NCBI GenBank assembly: GCA_048939765.1
Contig: JBHLPF010000048.1
Span: forward strand, 1 to 18,911
Direction: 5' to 3'
From: Promethearchaeota archaeon
GTDB lineage: Archaea > Asgardarchaeota > Thorarchaeia > Thorarchaeales > Thorarchaeaceae
Length of the DNA stretch: 18,911 nt
Each line of letters opens with the position of its first letter. Position 1 is the stretch's first letter. This document shows, piece by piece, positions 15,504 through 18,911 of this stretch. Under the pieces are notes generated by a model, which did not search any database, was not told where the DNA came from, and was given only the letters and a program-made list of their open reading frames with translations. A program made the translations under genes and the position numbers.

Positions 15504-16910
15504 TCAAATACCTCCTAAAACACCCGGATTCATTATCCCCTTGGGATCGAGCGATGCTTTCAGAGACTTCACAAGTTCAAGGTACCTGTCCATCTCCTCA
15601 ACGCCATCACTCCAATAGGGTGCTAGCTTGAAAGGAACTGCACCAGCCTTGAATAGGCGGCGAGCTAGCTCTCCATGTGCTTCACGCGCCCTCTGCGCTT
15701 CATCCTTATCTTGTGGATCATAGAATATCTGTGGATAGAAATTGTAGCTAGCATGTCCCGATTGGAAACCTGCAGTGTGACCTAGAATGTTATATTCCTC
15801 CATTACGGACCAGAATTCTTCGAGAGTCCTGTGCCAATTTGATGGGGTTTGGTGGTGATACAATATTCGCCAATGCCACCTATGAACATAGGAAGCTCGA
15901 ACCAGAATCCTCATTCTATTCTTCCACTCACCTTCTGGCAATTCCTTGATGCCGATTTCATAGCCACCAGTGCTTTCGCATAGCTTCTTTGTCATCTCAA
16001 TATCGCTTTGGAGTTGGTCCTTTCGTAATGATCCAAGAACAAGAGAAACTGTGTATTTTGGCCAATCATATTTGGGAACTCCAAATTCCTCTCCTATCAT
16101 TTCGAGGAATAAATCGAGAATGTGACCTTCATAGATGACTGCCCAGAGAGAGCTAACATCATTTTGCTTTAGCTCAATTAGGAACTTCTCAGCTTGGCCT
16201 GCATCTTCAAAGCCAAAAGTATTGTAGTCGAACTGATGCATCCGCTTGTGGGTCTTGAGGGATACTTTCGTGATGATGCCAAAACTGCCTAAGGAACCAA
16301 TAAAGAGCCCAGTAAGGTCTGGACCAAACGAATATCGCAGGAAAGGTCCTGGTGCATTTGGATTAGCCTCAGATCCAGTCTGAATGATGCGGCCATCCGG
16401 TAGCACCACCTCCAGTCCTAGGACAAATTCTGCAATGCATCCGAATTTCGAAGATCCAAATCCCGCTCCGTTTACAGCAACATTCCCTGCGACTGTCGCT
16501 GAAAGTGATGAGCCAGGGTAGAATGGAACCCACAGGTCGTCCGGCTTGAGAAAACTGTCAAGCATGCCGTATGTGACACCCGCTCCAACGGTTACAGAGC
16601 GAAGTTCTTTGTACAGAATAATATTGTTCAATCGCATCATTTCTATGACAAGTCCGCCTTCTTTGGGAATAACTTCTCCTTGAAGGCTAGAACCGCCTGA
16701 TCTCGGTATGACTGGGATTTGATTCTTGTCTGCAATCCTCATGATTTGCGCGACTTCATCGGTATTTCCAGGACGGACCACAGCTCCTGGCATCACAGGG
16801 TCATAACTAGTTGATGCTGAAACAGCATATGCCGTGAGAACATCTGTTCTTGTTGATACATACTCCTTCCCTACAATCTTCTCCAATGCAATGATAACCT
16901 TAGGATCCAT
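15504..16910 (-). CDS. FAD-binding oxidoreductase, GlcD/D-lactate dehydrogenase-like (VAO/PCMH family)
   Basis: PGAVVRP, PRSGGSSLQG, VGAGVT, ATVAGNVAVNGAG, VLGLEVVLPDG, DLTGLFIGSLGSFGIITK, LDPKGIMNPG; GGAGGTGA SD. Confidence 0.92.
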   Translation of the reverse strand: MDPKVIIALEKIVGKEYVSTRTDVLTAYAVSASTSYDPVMPGAVVRPGNTDEVAQIMRIADKNQIPVIPRSGGSSLQGEVIPKEGGLVIEMMRLNNIILYKELRSVTVGAGVTYGMLDSFLKPDDLWVPFYPGSSLSATVAGNVAVNGAGFGSSKFGCIAEFVLGLEVVLPDGRIIQTGSEANPNAPGPFLRYSFGPDLTGLFIGSLGSFGIITKVSLKTHKRMHQFDYNTFGFEDAGQAEKFLIELKQNDVSSLWAVIYEGHILDLFLEMIGEEFGVPKYDWPKYTVSLVLGSLRKDQLQSDIEMTKKLCESTGGYEIGIKELPEGEWKNRMRILVRASYVHRWHWRILYHHQTPSNWHRTLEEFWSVMEEYNILGHTAGFQSGHASYNFYPQIFYDPQDKDEAQRAREAHGELARRLFKAGAVPFKLAPYWSDGVEEMDRYLELVKSLKASLDPKGIMNPGVLGGI

Positions 16911-17004
16911 TTCATCACCTCCGCGTACCTGAGCGAATCATAAAATGCATAGAATCATCATCAAGTCGCTCGCAGATTCTTTTGCCGCTTTTAATAGATG
17001 CTGC

Positions 17005-17655
17005 TCACTTTCTGACATCATTAACAATATCAAGAAACTTCTTGACATTTTCAGTGATGACCTCATAGCGGCCATCCTTTATTGCCTTCTTATCAGTAAT
17101 GGCGCTACCTACACCTAACGCAAAAGCCCCTGCCTCCAGCAACGGACGTGCCGTTTCTAAATTGACGCCCCCTGTGGGTACTAGCCGAATCTGTGGAAGA
17201 GGTGCTCTCACAGCTTTGATGTAGTTGGCTCCTCCTAGATTCCCACAAGGAAACACCTTGACAGCATCCGACCCGAGGTTATGCGCGTCCAGTATCTCAG
17301 TAGGTGTGAGTGCGCCAGGAATGCATGGCTTGGAATGCTTCTTTGTAGCATCAATAAGCTCCTTTGAGTATCCTGGACTGACGATGAATTCGCTGCCTGC
17401 GGCAACTGCTTCATCCACCATCCTTCCATTCAGAACAGTTCCTGTACCGACTAGCACTTTGTCACCTAGTCGCTCTGTAAGCTTTCGCACAACGTCTGTT
17501 GCTCCGGGCACGCTAAAAGTAACTTCTATGATTCTCACACCACCCTCAATCAATGCATCAGCCACTTTCATCGCGGTATCAGATGAATCGACCCGAATTA
17601 TGGGTATCAGTCCTGTTTGATGAATCAGGTCAAGTGCTTTTTTCTTATTCCACAT
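17005..17655 (-). CDS. eda: KDPG/KHG aldolase (2-dehydro-3-deoxy-phosphogluconate / 4-hydroxy-2-oxoglutarate aldolase), bacterial Eda type
   Basis: [33 protein letters not shown], Schiff-base AVKVFP, PTGGV, GVGS motifs; probable start MWNKK at 17655, 10 nt after the kinase stop. Confidence 0.92.
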   Translation of the reverse strand: MWNKKKALDLIHQTGLIPIIRVDSSDTAMKVADALIEGGVRIIEVTFSVPGATDVVRKLTERLGDKVLVGTGTVLNGRMVDEAVAAGSEFIVSPGYSKELIDATKKHSKPCIPGALTPTEILDAHNLGSDAVKVFPCGNLGGANYIKAVRAPLPQIRLVPTGGVNLETARPLLEAGAFALGVGSAITDKKAIKDGRYEVITENVKKFLDIVNDVRK

Positions 17656-17665
17656 GGTTCCCAAC

Positions 17666-18661
17666 CTACCTGTCAATCCTAAGACCACGATCGCGCCCCT
17701 TGATGAGTTTCTCAACCTCTGACTTGTAAACGAACGCTAGGTCTCCCGGCATTGAGTGTTTCAGGGCTGAGAAGGCAGCACCGAAATCAACAGCCTTCTG
17801 TAGGTCCTCTAGTATAAGATAGCCATATATGAAACCAGCACTGCACGCATCACCCCCGCCAAGTCGGTCGATGACCTCGACATCATATACCGGGCTTTTG
17901 TAGACCTTTCCATTGGAATATGCGAACACCGACCATCTGTTTGTAAGAACAGTGGGAGTTTCTCGAAGCGTGATTACAACCACTTCAAATCCAAACTTGT
18001 CAGTCAGTTTCTTAGCCACTTCTTCATAGTCGCTACCCTCAATACCATAGACCACCTTTGTGTCCTCTTCTGTGGTAATCAATATGTCAAAGTATTCTGA
18101 GGCTGGCTCCGTAAACTCTCTTGCCTCTTCAGGTGTCCAAAGCTTACCTCGATAGTTCACATCGTAGGAAACCTTGCAGCCCTTCTCTTTCGCTACCTTC
18201 AAAACTTCCATTGTGACGTCTGCACATGAGGCACTCAATGCAGGAGTAATGCCGCTGGTGTGGAATAGCTTTGTGCCATCGAGTATTTCAATCCATGGCA
18301 CTTCTCCGGGCATGATTTTACTTATGGCAGACTCTTTCCTATCATAGATGACCCGATTGGTCCTTGGTGCCGCTCCAAATTCAACGAAGTAGACGCCACA
18401 GCGACTATCAGGGTCCCAAAGAATATGGGATGTATCAACACCATGCTCTCTGGCTTTGTTCCGGATGAAATGACCAATGGAGTTGTCACCAAGCTTCGTT
18501 ACATAGGCTGAATTGAGTTCAAGACGTGCACATGCCACCGCTACATTCATCTCGGCGCCTCCTGCATGCGCGTTGAAGCTGTGAGTCTGCTCAAACCTCA
18601 TGAAGTTGGGAGGTGAGAGTCGGAGCATGACCTCTCCAAAAGTGACTACATCGTATCCCAT
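17666..18661 (-). CDS. kdgK: 2-keto-3-deoxygluconate kinase (PfkB family)
   Basis: VVTFGEVMLRLSP, GGAEMNVA, YFVEFGA.PR..VIYDR, HTSGITPALS, DVNYRGKLW, DRLGGGDACSAG, SALKHSMPGD motifs characteristic of KdgK. Confidence 0.9.
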   Translation of the reverse strand: MGYDVVTFGEVMLRLSPPNFMRFEQTHSFNAHAGGAEMNVAVACARLELNSAYVTKLGDNSIGHFIRNKAREHGVDTSHILWDPDSRCGVYFVEFGAAPRTNRVIYDRKESAISKIMPGEVPWIEILDGTKLFHTSGITPALSASCADVTMEVLKVAKEKGCKVSYDVNYRGKLWTPEEAREFTEPASEYFDILITTEEDTKVVYGIEGSDYEEVAKKLTDKFGFEVVVITLRETPTVLTNRWSVFAYSNGKVYKSPVYDVEVIDRLGGGDACSAGFIYGYLILEDLQKAVDFGAAFSALKHSMPGDLAFVYKSEVEKLIKGRDRGLRIDR

Positions 18662-18740
18662 TAAATCACTCTCTTTGGTCGATTAAACAAGATGGGAAAG
18701 AATGGCCCGAGAGTTAAATCTGCCGAAGATAACTAGGTGC

Positions 18741-18911
18741 CTATGTGCTAGGATTAAACTCTGTGCGCGCGATTACTTCATCTTGGACGAACGGATCAAG
18801 CTCAATGAAATATGCGCTATAGCCTGCAACACGTACAATGAGGTCCCTATGTTGGAGTGGGTTCACTTTCGCATCCTCCAATGTTTCTCTGTCCACGACA
18901 TTGAACTGCAC
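18741..18911 (-). CDS. Glycyl radical enzyme (PFL/PflD family), C-terminal 56 aa; gene begins beyond the window
   Basis: Manual translation: [56 protein letters not shown]; contains the QFNVV and RVAGYSAYF glycyl-radical loop; absent from the supplied ORF track. Confidence 0.93.
   Translation of the reverse strand: MQFNVVDRETLEDAKVNPLQHRDLIVRVAGYSAYFIELDPFVQDEVIARTEFNPST

Noticed and set aside
14340-16910. Selenocysteine-containing redox proteins or a SECIS element
   Set aside because: Both ORFs are full length without in-frame TGA, so the downstream structured element need not be a SECIS
56-17620. Numerous short antisense or alternate-frame ORFs inside confident genes (e.g. 417-899, 1973-2215, 4194-4502, 7402-7863, 7670-8140, 8734-9111, 17225-17620)
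   Set aside because: Shadow ORFs fully overlapping well-supported genes, with no motifs
17656-17715. N-terminal extension of eda given in the ORF track (start 17715)
   Set aside because: Overlaps the kdgK 3' end by 50 nt; the ATG at 17655 has an SD-like AGGTAGG and gives the normal Eda length

Overview
Gene-dense archaeal window, most likely from an Asgard archaeon (Thorarchaeota-like; inferred from archaeal-type PheS/PheT, aRF1 and Ino1, GGTGA/GAGGTG ribosome-binding sites, a Rab-like small GTPase without a prenylation tail and a 24-aa IDLSPL-type LRR protein). Housekeeping genes are pheT-pheS, aRF1 and ino1. The right end is a minus-strand catabolic cluster: the C-terminus of a glycyl radical enzyme (missed by the ORF track), a KDG kinase, a bacterial-type KDPG/KHG aldolase, a GlcD-like FAD oxidoreductase and a GlcF/HdrD-like Fe-S protein. 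Main points of interest: (1) a CRISPR-independent Cas4-like nuclease split over two translationally coupled genes, each half with a transmembrane helix at the split point; (2) a glycyl radical enzyme linked to Entner-Doudoroff-type enzymes; (3) a ~226-nt highly base-paired intergenic element that looks like an unannotated structured RNA; (4) a coiled-coil protein whose C-terminal domain resembles the ESCRT-I Vps28 C-terminal bundle; (5) a long structured pheS leader with Phe-containing uORFs. All homology calls come from motif recognition only; no searches were run.
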